In this document: one piece after another, positions 28,658 through 37,815 of the stretch
Numbering within the stretch: position 1 is the first letter of the stretch
How the letters are laid out: each line of letters starts with the position of its first letter
Assembly: GCF_021568795.1 (NCBI RefSeq)
Contig: NZ_JAKGUE010000015.1
Span: forward strand, 1 to 59,943
DNA length: 59,943 nucleotides
DNA from: Dethiosulfovibrio faecalis
GTDB taxonomy: Bacteria > Synergistota > Synergistia > Synergistales > Dethiosulfovibrionaceae
Direction of reading: 5' to 3'
The notes under the pieces: model-generated
What the model saw: the letters and a program-made list of their open reading frames with translations, nothing else
Database searches by the model: none
What the model was told of the DNA's origin: nothing
Position numbers and translations under genes: made by a program

Positions 28658-29878
28658 ATGACGGCCTGGTTTCACCGTTTCAAATCTACGACGGAACTGA
28701 AGAAAACTCTGGAGGAAATAGGCTGCGACCCAGGAGCTCTGCCCTATTTCGACGACCGGAGGGATCTGACGGCCCTCAGGATATCCGACGTAGACACCAG
28801 AGCGGCCAACGCCCTCAAACAGGAGATGCTCTCCCGCGGTGGAGATGTGGCGGTCCATCGTCACGCCATAGACAGAGGAGTCGAACGCTGCGACTGTCTC
28901 CTGTTCGGAACGGACAAACAGATAAACCATCTCGCGGAAAAGCTGGCCGTCATGCCCTATTGGGGACTGGACCAGGTCCGAAGAGAGATACTGAAGGCCA
29001 TGGCGGGGAAGAGGAAGAAAAGGCATCTTCTGACCCTGCCGGGAGACAGAGTACTACAGCTGGGAGACAGGACCAAGCTCATGGCCATAGTTAACCTCAC
29101 GGACGACTCCTTTTTCTCCAGCAGCCGAGCCGGTTCGACCTCGGAGTGCCTGAAAAGGGTGTCGACCATGATCGAGGACGGGGCGGAAATGCTGGACCTG
29201 GGAGCCGAGTCCACCAGACCGGGTTCGCTTCCTGCGGAGACCGAAACGGAGATAGGTCGACTGGTACCGGCTGTGGAATCCATAAGGAAGGAGTTTCCTC
29301 ACATTCCCATATCGATAGATACCACCAAGTCGGAGGTAGCCCGAGCCTGCGTCGAAGCCGGAGCGGACATACTGAACGACATATCGGGACTGGGATTCGA
29401 TCCGAAGCTGGCATCGGTGGCGGCGACCTCAGGAACTCCGCTGGTGATAATGCACATGAAAGGGGTCCCCAGAACGATGCAGAGAGAACCCCATTACGGA
29501 TGTCTCCAGAAGGAGATATGCGATTATTTTCAGGAGCGGACGGATCTGGCTACTAAAGCCGGAGTTCCCGAGGGGCAGATAATCCTGGACCCCGGAATAG
29601 GCTTCGGAAAGACGGCATCCCACAACTTAACCCTTCTCTCCCACGACGAGTTCTTCCGGTCGCGGGGATATCCGATTCTCATAGGCCATTCCCGAAAAAG
29701 CGTATTCGGAGCGGTCCTCAAGGGGGCTCCCCCGGAGGAGCGAATGGAAGCCACACTGGCAGGGACGGCTCTATGCGCCTGGCAGGGAGTGGATATCGTC
29801 AGGGTACACGACGTCAAGGCCAACCGTCGTGTACTGGACACGATAGAGGCGATGAAAGACCCGGATAGGCTAGATTGA
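28658..29878 (+). CDS. folP: Dihydropteroate synthase with ~125-aa N-terminal extension
   Basis: Pterin-binding domain: IVNLTDDSFF, ILDLGAESTRPG, SIDT, NDISG, GFGK. Start at MTAWF, 3 nt after the queD stop. Confidence 0.85.
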   Translation: MTAWFHRFKSTTELKKTLEEIGCDPGALPYFDDRRDLTALRISDVDTRAANALKQEMLSRGGDVAVHRHAIDRGVERCDCLLFGTDKQINHLAEKLAVMPYWGLDQVRREILKAMAGKRKKRHLLTLPGDRVLQLGDRTKLMAIVNLTDDSFFSSSRAGSTSECLKRVSTMIEDGAEMLDLGAESTRPGSLPAETETEIGRLVPAVESIRKEFPHIPISIDTTKSEVARACVEAGADILNDISGLGFDPKLASVAATSGTPLVIMHMKGVPRTMQREPHYGCLQKEICDYFQERTDLATKAGVPEGQIILDPGIGFGKTASHNLTLLSHDEFFRSRGYPILIGHSRKSVFGAVLKGAPPEERMEATLAGTALCAWQGVDIVRVHDVKANRRVLDTIEAMKDPDRLD

Positions 29879-31336
29879 TCAGATCTCTCCGAACAACCAG
29901 CCCTCCAAGGTGATCGGCCTGCCGGGACGAAGCCCCTCCATCTCCCTTCGCAGATCGCCGAGGAGGGCCGCTCTCTCCGCGAAAGCGTTGTGTCTGTGGA
30001 TGCTCTCGAAGTTCTCCTGTCTGGCGAGGACGAAAACCCCGTCGGGAAGGTCGGGAGAGACCTCCACCACGTTTCGCAGCATCTCCCTCACGACGTCCTC
30101 GACAAATCGGGGATTACTGTGAGCCTTGTTGACCACGAAAAACTCGTCCGGTCTTTTGAGAAGCTCGTATATCTCGGAACTCATGGACGCCTCGGCCAGG
30201 TGAACCAGGTTCTCCGCCCTTATGGTCCCCGCACCGCCGATCATCAGTGTGGCCCTCCCCCTCTGGTTGTGGGACGCCAGGGGCAACACGTCTACGATAC
30301 GCTCCGCCTCTTCCTCACCGTACCCCTGGGATATCAACAACCCTTTGGAATGGGCTCGGACCATCTCCTGGGCGCAGGGACATACGGTCAGACCGTCTAC
30401 CTCCACCCCTGATATCGTTCGACATACATTTCCATCGCAGGCGGATATACCTATGAAATTGTAGATCTCCTGGGTCGTCTTGCCCGATATGGGTGCGTGC
30501 TTTTTCAGGGGGAAATGGGCCTTTATCCGGACCTCCGACCTAAGAGCCTCCTGCCGCTCCATCACAGACGAGGCCAGACGCTCCGCCATGGTCTCTATGT
30601 CGGGAGCGACGGAACCGGCTGCGTCCTCCGCCGCCTGTTCCAATATCTCGCTGAAACGAGACATATGGACGCCGGCTCTTGCACCGTCGAGATCAACGAA
30701 CAGGTCCATGGTCGCATAGAAGAGGGAGACCTTGCCCTCCGTCTCGAGACGTATTATCCTCTCCAGGTCGGTCACACCGACCCGTCCCAAAAAAAGGGGA
30801 ACCTCGGGAACGCCTTTCTGCACATCCCTATCGAGGGAAAATCGAAGGGATCTCTCCACCTTGGCTACCCCTTTGGCGTCCACCAGATCCCGCAGAACGG
30901 AGACGGTCTTCCCTAGGACGGGATGGACCAGCCCGGGGGCTATCTCGGCGAGAGGCACCAGCACGAAGGCCCTCTCCTGCATCCTGGGATGGGGAACGGT
31001 CAGTTTGTCATCTTCCAGGACCAGGTCGTCGTACATTATCAGGTCGACGTCTATAGGTCTCGGTCCGTTCCTGAAGTTGACGGTCCTACCCATCCGCTGT
31101 TCGATCCATTTTGCCAGATGAAGGACCTCCATCGGAGACAGGTCCGTGAGAACCTCGCAGGCACCGTTGAGAAAGAGGGGTTGATCCTCGTATCCGACCG
31201 GCTCCGTCTCGTAGAACGACGAGACCGCCACGACCTCCACCTTACCCTGAAGATATTGAAGCGCCTGTAGAATATTGCCCTGACGGTCGCCCAGGTTGGC
31301 TCCAAGGGCCAGAAAAACCCTGTGTTTGCGATTCAT
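29879..31336 (-). CDS. Bifunctional fusion: N-terminal HPPK (FolK) + C-terminal type-2 GTP cyclohydrolase I (FolE2/MptA, DUF198)
   Basis: N-terminal LALGANLGD, ETEPVG, RPIDVDL, HPRMQERAFVLVPL (HPPK). C-terminal GVHMSRF...CPCAQEM region (FolE2-like). 485 aa. Confidence 0.7.
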   Translation of the reverse strand: MNRKHRVFLALGANLGDRQGNILQALQYLQGKVEVVAVSSFYETEPVGYEDQPLFLNGACEVLTDLSPMEVLHLAKWIEQRMGRTVNFRNGPRPIDVDLIMYDDLVLEDDKLTVPHPRMQERAFVLVPLAEIAPGLVHPVLGKTVSVLRDLVDAKGVAKVERSLRFSLDRDVQKGVPEVPLFLGRVGVTDLERIIRLETEGKVSLFYATMDLFVDLDGARAGVHMSRFSEILEQAAEDAAGSVAPDIETMAERLASSVMERQEALRSEVRIKAHFPLKKHAPISGKTTQEIYNFIGISACDGNVCRTISGVEVDGLTVCPCAQEMVRAHSKGLLISQGYGEEEAERIVDVLPLASHNQRGRATLMIGGAGTIRAENLVHLAEASMSSEIYELLKRPDEFFVVNKAHSNPRFVEDVVREMLRNVVEVSPDLPDGVFVLARQENFESIHRHNAFAERAALLGDLRREMEGLRPGRPITLEGWLFGEI

Positions 31337-31406
31337 CGTTGGACCTCCTAGTCGTAATCGCTGATACTCTCATTGGAGATAATTGTAACAGAAGGGAGAG
31401 GGACTC

Positions 31407-32525
31407 ATGGCCATCGTATCGTTCAGAAATTGCAGTTCCTACGAAGAGGTAAAGGGCGCAGTAACCCAAGCGATAGACGACCTGGGGGGAATGGAGCGAT
31501 TCGTCTCCCCAGGCGATTCGGTGCTTATAAAGCCGAATATGCTGGGAGCCTACTCGCCGGACAGGGCCGTAACCACCCATCCGACCATGGTACGAGCCGT
31601 GACGGAAATGACTCTTGACTGCGGAGGCAAGCCGACCATAGCCGACAGCCCCGGCATAGAGAAGTTCTCCAAGGTAGCGGAGAAAACCGGCATAGCCCAG
31701 GTGGGCAGGATATTGGGAGTCCCCGTCGTGCCTCTCGGCGAATCCCGGCCTGTTCCGGGCAAAAGAGACGATCGTTTCAGAGGACTGGAGCTCTCCGCCC
31801 TGGCCTTGGAATCGGACAAAATAATAAATCTTCCTAAGCTGAAGACCCACTGTCAGATGACCTTGACCATGGGGGTTAAAAATCTGTTCGGGACGGTGGT
31901 GGCTCAGAGGAAGGCGGCCTGGCACTACAGGGTCGGACTGGACAGAGAAGACTTCGCCCGACTGCTTTTGGAGATATGGGCGACATTGCGCCCCGGCTTG
32001 ACCGTAATGGACGGGGTGGTCGGCATGGAGGGCAGAGGTCCGTCCAACGGATCGCCGAGACGGTTCGGCACGGTGGTGGCCTCGGACGATGCTCTGGCCA
32101 TGGATCTGACAACGGCGGGGCTGATGTCCTTGGATCGATCGGTTTTCCCTCTGAGGAAAGCGGCCGAGACGGCTGGGATGGTCCCGAAAGACATACGGAT
32201 AAAGGGAGATCCCATCACGGAGTGGACCTTCGAAAAGATTCAACTTCCTCCCCCCGATTCGTTGAGACTTCTGCCCTCCTGGATGGACCGTTTCGGAAGA
32301 GAGCTCCTGGCGGCCAAGCCGGAGCAGGATCGAGAACGTTGCCTCCTATGCGGTAGATGCGTCGAGATATGCCCTGCCGACGCCATAACCATGAGAGAAC
32401 GCCGTCTGGTCTTCGACTACGGGAAGTGCATAAGATGCTACTGCTGCCATGAGATGTGCCCCGCCGACGCCATAAGACTAAGACAGAATATCCTCCTGAG
32501 AGGTCTGGAAGTCCTGGGACGTTAG
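31407..32525 (+). CDS. DUF362 domain protein fused to a C-terminal 2x[4Fe-4S] ferredoxin domain
   Basis: C-terminal CLLCGRCVEICPADAI and CIRCYCCHEMCPADAI. The N-terminal ~300 aa have a DUF362-like profile (SPGDSVLIKPN). Confidence 0.6.
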   Translation: MAIVSFRNCSSYEEVKGAVTQAIDDLGGMERFVSPGDSVLIKPNMLGAYSPDRAVTTHPTMVRAVTEMTLDCGGKPTIADSPGIEKFSKVAEKTGIAQVGRILGVPVVPLGESRPVPGKRDDRFRGLELSALALESDKIINLPKLKTHCQMTLTMGVKNLFGTVVAQRKAAWHYRVGLDREDFARLLLEIWATLRPGLTVMDGVVGMEGRGPSNGSPRRFGTVVASDDALAMDLTTAGLMSLDRSVFPLRKAAETAGMVPKDIRIKGDPITEWTFEKIQLPPPDSLRLLPSWMDRFGRELLAAKPEQDRERCLLCGRCVEICPADAITMRERRLVFDYGKCIRCYCCHEMCPADAIRLRQNILLRGLEVLGR

Positions 32526-32559
32526 AACTATTTGCGCCAGAACGGCATAATCCTGTAAT

Positions 32560-33648
32560 ATGAGTCTAAATAGAGAGCCTATCGCCCAAGGAGGCACTGA
32601 GATGCCCCAATCCTCGGAAAGTTTTCACGAGACAAAGGAAAAGATAAAAAAATCCGTCGAGGAGATGCGCCGGTCTCAACTCAACGCTACCCTTGAAAAG
32701 CTGGCGAATCGATCTCCTAGGGTACCGGAGATATCGACAGTAGAGATCTGGCCCGAGGGAGATCAGGAAATCGACAGAAAATACGTGGTCGTTAAATGCG
32801 CCTACAGGACGAGGACCTCCGGAGGAGCCACCGGGCTGGTCGTTTTCCTCGCCGACGAAACCCTGGGAGAACCGGAGCTTCTGTGTCTCTGGACAGGCTA
32901 CGGAGGCGGACTGGGAGAGGCGGATATAGACGCTTCATGGCAGGCCCTCACCATCCTCATGGAGAGAATAGAGGCCCCTCAGGACAAGATGCTTCACGAA
33001 AAAACCGTAGAGGCGTTGAAAAAACGGCTATCCCCTCCTACCGTCAACCGTCTGGCAACCGACGACGACGAGGACAGGCGGAGGCAGATCAGGGAGGACC
33101 TCCAGCACGAACTGGAACGAGAGCTGGCGTTGAGTCTTGAGATGAAACTCGGCATAGAGAAGACCACAGGGGAGGACCTCGGCAAATTCAGAGAGAGCAG
33201 AGAGGAAAAGAGAGAGAAAAAAGAGGAAGAATCCAGAACACGCTCCACCGAGATAGACCATCTGACACTGTTGTGCGGCGTAGTGATGGACCCGGTCAGA
33301 GGGGAACCGGTCTCGGCTCTTAGACCAGGCGACACCATATACGTCAGCATAAAGGACAGCTCCGCCATAGCTCACGCCCTAAGACAGGTGATGACGAAGG
33401 GAAACATCGACAAGATTCCTGTCACGCTTCTATCTACGGAGACGACCGACACCGGTAACGTCGAGCTCATGGTCGAGCTGTCGGACGGAATATACGGCAA
33501 AGCCTTGGCGGGAGAAAGCTATAAAATATCTGTACTAAGGGAGGACAGCTCACCAAGGATAATCGGGTTGTCGTTTTATCAGATGCTGTTCGCTCTGACG
33601 ATGGCGGGCCTGCTGATGATAATGGCGGTACACCTGCTTATCGACTGA
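32560..33648 (+). CDS. Hypothetical tail-anchored protein with charged coiled-coil linker
   Basis: 362 aa; E/K/R-rich middle (EEKREKKEEESR); single C-terminal TM helix (LFALTMAGLLMIMAVHLL). Confidence 0.45.
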   Translation: MSLNREPIAQGGTEMPQSSESFHETKEKIKKSVEEMRRSQLNATLEKLANRSPRVPEISTVEIWPEGDQEIDRKYVVVKCAYRTRTSGGATGLVVFLADETLGEPELLCLWTGYGGGLGEADIDASWQALTILMERIEAPQDKMLHEKTVEALKKRLSPPTVNRLATDDDEDRRRQIREDLQHELERELALSLEMKLGIEKTTGEDLGKFRESREEKREKKEEESRTRSTEIDHLTLLCGVVMDPVRGEPVSALRPGDTIYVSIKDSSAIAHALRQVMTKGNIDKIPVTLLSTETTDTGNVELMVELSDGIYGKALAGESYKISVLREDSSPRIIGLSFYQMLFALTMAGLLMIMAVHLLID

Positions 33649-33655
33649 CATCAGG

Positions 33656-34522
33656 ATGGGAGACAGGGAGAAGAAGATGGAGAGAAAAAAGCTGAAAGCG
33701 GACGAAAAAGCGTTTCACATGGTCATCGACAGGATTATCGCTCACAGAATACGCCCGGGGGACAAAATCTACGAACCGGACCTGGCGGAAGGGCTTCAAC
33801 TCAGCAGAACCCCTGTAAGGCACGCCCTCAGCCGTCTCGTGGCCGAGGGCGTCCTTGAGAAAACCAGGGGGAAAAGAGGCTACACCTTGCCGATACTGAC
33901 CCAACAGGACATGGAGGACGTCTTCGACGTCAGATCCTGTCTGGAGGGCAAGGCGGCCAGTCTTGCGGCCCAAAGGAGGACCTCCGGGGACCTCTCGTAC
34001 CTCAGGGAGCTCAACGAAAGAGAGCGATCCCTCTACCATCTGGGACAGAGAAAGGAAGAGTACGCAGAGGTAAACGAACTCTTCCACTCGAAGATAGTCG
34101 AGATATCCAAAAACGAATATATAGCCCGCTACTTCCGCCAGGCATACTGGCGTTCCTCGCTGTACACCTTCCACTTCGGGCTCTTCTACAACACCGACAT
34201 GATGGCTCCGGAGCAATCCTTTTGCGATAAAGGACATCGCACATATAGAGAGCACAGAAAGATAATAGACGCGGTAGACTCCGGCGACTCCTCTCTTGCA
34301 AGAGAGCTTATGGAGGACCACATCCACAACACCATCAGGAGAAGAGGCCTACAGGTATCCCCCACTAGGGGAAGACCATCCTGCCTGACAAATTGGACTC
34401 GGTCAGTCGTTCCAGATCCCCCTCCACCAATATCGAGGGATCGACCATGCGACCACCGACCGATACACCGAAATGAAGATGAGGACCGGTCACCCTTCCG
34501 GATCGACCGGTCTTACCTATAA
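33656..34522 (+). CDS. GntR-family transcriptional regulator (FadR/FCD subfamily), with unusual Pro-rich C-terminal tail
   Basis: N-terminal wHTH (DLAEGLQLSRTPVRHALSRLVAEGVLE) and an FCD-like helical domain. The last ~50 aa run antisense into the M23 gene. Confidence 0.65.
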   Translation: MGDREKKMERKKLKADEKAFHMVIDRIIAHRIRPGDKIYEPDLAEGLQLSRTPVRHALSRLVAEGVLEKTRGKRGYTLPILTQQDMEDVFDVRSCLEGKAASLAAQRRTSGDLSYLRELNERERSLYHLGQRKEEYAEVNELFHSKIVEISKNEYIARYFRQAYWRSSLYTFHFGLFYNTDMMAPEQSFCDKGHRTYREHRKIIDAVDSGDSSLARELMEDHIHNTIRRRGLQVSPTRGRPSCLTNWTRSVVPDPPPPISRDRPCDHRPIHRNEDEDRSPFRIDRSYL

Positions 34523-35312
34523 CCTCGCCTGCTCGAACGAACTGCCCCTCCCTCACATCGATCTCGTACAGATGAAAATACATCGACACGACCGACCCCC
34601 CATGATCGACGTAGATCGACTTGCCTGCGTAATAGTGATCTCCGGTAAGGACGACCCGTCCAGGCGACGCGCACTTTATAGGAGTTCCCACCGAAGCGCG
34701 ATAATCCACCCCTCCGTGACGACTCCTCGGGATGCCGTTGTAGATCCGTCTTTTTCCATATACGCTGGTGACGATTCCCGTAACGGGACGAACCATCGGC
34801 AAGGACCAGTACAGCTGGGGAGAATAGGCTCTCAATACCTTTCTGACGGCCTTTCTCTCTCCGGCGATTCTGTCGCGCTCCGAACCAGGGGGATTCACCA
34901 TGGCGGCGGGAACCGAAAGCCTCTCGGCAGGGTACGATTTTGAAATAACGTCTATCTTCCACCGAGACATGTAGTTGATCCCTTTCGACCTCACCCATAT
35001 CTTGATCACCTCACCCTCGGCAGGAGACCTGGCGGCATCTGTCCCCAAAAGGGCGACACCCTTCGAAACGCCCCCATCCGCAGCGGACAAAGACAGGGGA
35101 TAGTTCCTACCCCTCCAGGACAATGTACATTTATCCACGTCCCCACTGACAGTCAGAGAAACCACGAAAGGCTCTCCCAAAGAGACCTTATCGGGAGCGT
35201 CGAAAGACACCTCCAACGCCGAAGCGCTGGATATCGCCCATAAAGAGAGCAAAACGACCAGAGAAAACTTCAGCCCCGTCCTAATCCATCCGAACCCATT
35301 TGAAAGCGACAC
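34365..35312 (-). CDS. M23 family metallopeptidase (LytM-like), secreted
   Basis: Signal peptide. HxxxD (HGGVDY) and HLHFGV motifs. Confidence 0.8.
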   Translation of the reverse strand: MSLSNGFGWIRTGLKFSLVVLLSLWAISSASALEVSFDAPDKVSLGEPFVVSLTVSGDVDKCTLSWRGRNYPLSLSAADGGVSKGVALLGTDAARSPAEGEVIKIWVRSKGINYMSRWKIDVISKSYPAERLSVPAAMVNPPGSERDRIAGERKAVRKVLRAYSPQLYWSLPMVRPVTGIVTSVYGKRRIYNGIPRSRHGGVDYRASVGTPIKCASPGRVVLTGDHYYAGKSIYVDHGGSVVSMYFHLYEIDVREGQFVRAGEVIGKTGRSGRVTGPHLHFGVSVGGRMVDPSILVEGDLERLTESNLSGRMVFP

Positions 35313-35414
35313 TAAACCAACTCCTTCCTAGAATCAGTCCATTATACCGGCAGCGCCGAGACGGAGAGGATCGCATAATTGAAAAACTAGACTGCATATA
35401 GGGAATATTGGTAT

Positions 35415-35428
35415 AATGATTTTGGGGT
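35415..35428 (+). promoter_or_regulatory. Extended -10 promoter element upstream of the chemoreceptor gene
   Basis: TGGTATAAT, 30 nt upstream of a GGAGGGG RBS. Weak -35. Confidence 0.3.
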
Positions 35429-35458
35429 AGAAACACATAGACGATTGGAGGGGATCAC

Positions 35459-37501
35459 ATGTCCATCAAGGGGAAATTCGTATCTATGGTAGCGGCCGTA
35501 CTGGTCATAATAGTCGCAATGACAGGGATCACCTACTTCAGGAGCCAGAGTATCCTGAAGAACCAGGTAATCAAGACCGGTGAGGAGACCGTTAAGACAG
35601 CGGTGCTCACCGTGGAGGAGAACTTCGGAAAACTGTTAGCCATACTCAAAAACGCCTCTGTGGCCATACAGAGGGCCTGGGATGAAGAGGGTCTACAGGA
35701 GGCGGAGACCCTGGAGGACCTCATGGCCTCGCTGCTGGCTCAAAACGGAGAATTCGGAGTTCAGGACATTTATTTCGGCCTGGAGAAAAACGGCAAGCTG
35801 CCTATCGGATCGAGGGCCAAGATGGCGGAGGATTACGACGCCAGAAAGAGAGCCTGGTATGCCGACGCCATGAAGAAGGGCTCTGCCATGATAATCACCG
35901 AGCCCTATATCGACCTGATAACCAACAAGGCGGTCATATCGGCGGCCATGACGGTCGAGAACGGCGACGGCGATATCATCGGAGTGGTAGGGGTGGATAT
36001 CAGCATGAACGCCCTGGTCGATTTCGTCGGAAAGCTGAAGCTGCTGGGAGAGGGACATGGACTTCTTCTCAGCAAGGCGGGCATGATAATAGCCGGACCG
36101 GTTGAAAAGGACATAATGAAGGTCAACCTCTCCGAAAGCGACGAAAAAGACGAATCGGTCAAGGCGATGGGCAAGGAGATGGTCTCCGGGAAATCGGGCT
36201 CCTCCATAATAAACTGGGAGGGAGAGAGGTTCGAGGCCTTCTACGGCAACACCGCCCAGGGACTCTCCCTGGCAATTCTCTACCCTGTGAAGGCCATAGA
36301 CGCCCTGGTAAGGGGAACCACCTCCATACAGATAGCCGTAGCGATAGTGGCCCTCCTGGCTGTCGGACTGGCCGTGCTGGTCACATTCAGAAGCATAGTC
36401 CTTCCTCTCAGGAAGGTCGCTAACATGGCGGGCGAGGTCAAGGACGGCGATCTCACTGTAGACCCCAGATCCATAAATTACAGAGCCAAAGACCCTCTCG
36501 GCGCCATGATAGACGCACTTTCCGTAATGGTGGAAGGCCTTAGGGAGACAATGCTGGGTATAGTCGAGGAAAGCAAAAAGATAGCTGACAGCTCCACCGG
36601 ACTGGCCGCACTCAGCGAGGAGAGCAACGCCTCCATGGAGGAGGTCCGTCACTCCGTCGAGGAGGTATCGACACTGGCGGAGAACAACGCCGCCGCACTG
36701 GAGGAGACCAACGCCGGAGTCGAGGAAGTATCGTCCAGCGCCTCTATGGCGGCGGAATCTGCCACTAAGGGAACGGAGGCGACGGAAAGGGCCTCCCAGA
36801 CCTCCAGCAAGGCCGTTTCCATAGTGGCGGATATAATAGGCAACGTCAAAGAGGTAGGAGCCAAGGCGGGAAAAAGCGTAGAGGCAATGACCGCCCTCAG
36901 CACCTCGGTTCAGGAGATAACCGGTTTCATAGCGACGATCAACTCCATAGCGGACCAGACGAACCTTCTGGCCCTCAACGCAGCTATAGAAGCGGCCCGA
37001 GCGGGAGACGCCGGACGAGGCTTCGCGGTCGTGGCGGAAGAGGTAAGAAAGCTGGCGGAGGAATCGGGCAACGCCGCCGGAAAGATAGGAAACCTCATAG
37101 AGGAGCTCCAGTCTCAGACCAGAGACTCGGTAGCGATAACCCAACAGGCCGGGGATCTCATGAAACAGACGGTGGTACAGGCCGACGAGGCAAAAAAAGG
37201 ACTGGACGAGACCTTGCAACAGATCTCCGTGGTCAACGACTCTATGCAGAACATAGCGGCGACCTCGGAGGAACAGGCAGCTTCGGCCAACGAGATGGCC
37301 AACGCCGTCGACCAGGCTTCGAGATCCACCGTCGACATGGCCCAAAAGGTGGGAACCATCAAAAAAGCCGCGGAGGAAACCGCTTTGGTCTCGAGCAACG
37401 TGGCCAAAGAAGCGGAGGCCATGTCCTCATTGGTGGACAACATAGAGAGGCGGTTGAGCAAGTTCAAGACGGAGAGTTCCAAAGAACTGGCTCCAAAATA
37501 G
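35459..37501 (+). CDS. Methyl-accepting chemotaxis protein with periplasmic dCache_1 sensor
   Basis: TM1, a ~250-aa periplasmic domain, TM2, HAMP, and an MCP signalling domain with the highly conserved hairpin tip ([31 protein letters not shown]). Confidence 0.9.
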   Translation: MSIKGKFVSMVAAVLVIIVAMTGITYFRSQSILKNQVIKTGEETVKTAVLTVEENFGKLLAILKNASVAIQRAWDEEGLQEAETLEDLMASLLAQNGEFGVQDIYFGLEKNGKLPIGSRAKMAEDYDARKRAWYADAMKKGSAMIITEPYIDLITNKAVISAAMTVENGDGDIIGVVGVDISMNALVDFVGKLKLLGEGHGLLLSKAGMIIAGPVEKDIMKVNLSESDEKDESVKAMGKEMVSGKSGSSIINWEGERFEAFYGNTAQGLSLAILYPVKAIDALVRGTTSIQIAVAIVALLAVGLAVLVTFRSIVLPLRKVANMAGEVKDGDLTVDPRSINYRAKDPLGAMIDALSVMVEGLRETMLGIVEESKKIADSSTGLAALSEESNASMEEVRHSVEEVSTLAENNAAALEETNAGVEEVSSSASMAAESATKGTEATERASQTSSKAVSIVADIIGNVKEVGAKAGKSVEAMTALSTSVQEITGFIATINSIADQTNLLALNAAIEAARAGDAGRGFAVVAEEVRKLAEESGNAAGKIGNLIEELQSQTRDSVAITQQAGDLMKQTVVQADEAKKGLDETLQQISVVNDSMQNIAATSEEQAASANEMANAVDQASRSTVDMAQKVGTIKKAAEETALVSSNVAKEAEAMSSLVDNIERRLSKFKTESSKELAPK

Positions 37502-37517
37502 CATCGAAGAGAAGGAA

Positions 37518-37560
37518 AAGAGGCGGGGTGCCGGACAGAGGCACCCCGCCTCTTTTTTCT
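37518..37560 (+). terminator. Rho-independent terminator after the MCP gene
   Basis: AAGAGGCGGGGTGCC-ggacaga-GGCACCCCGCCTCTT followed by TTTTCTTT. Confidence 0.7.
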
Positions 37561-37728
37561 TTATGTCATAGAAATAGATTAAAGACCAGCCAGAACAGAA
37601 CTCAACATATTCTGATACATATCGCCCATCATACAGCTCAGCGATGACCTAAAAGCAGGCACAAGGCTCCAGGTGTCGCAAAAAAAAATATAAATCCATG
37701 CATCAATCTCGCTTTATTGTATGCACAG

Positions 37729-37757
37729 TTGCATTTTGAACTAATATTGCGTATAAT
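37729..37757 (+). promoter_or_regulatory. Consensus-like sigma-70 promoter for the AGCS-glutaminase operon
   Basis: TTGCAT-17 nt-TATAAT in an AT-rich intergenic region. Confidence 0.55.
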
Positions 37758-37815
37758 GCCCTGGCGTTTCGAGAAATATCTACTTTATTATTATCCATAA
37801 TTGGGAGATATATAG

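Noticed and set aside
35693-37345. Long antisense ORFs (for example 550 aa opposite the MCP gene, 307 aa opposite feoB at 5575-6498, 349/372-aa pairs elsewhere).
   Set aside because: They are opposite-strand shadows of strongly supported genes in GC-rich DNA, with Arg/Gly/Pro-rich low-complexity translations.
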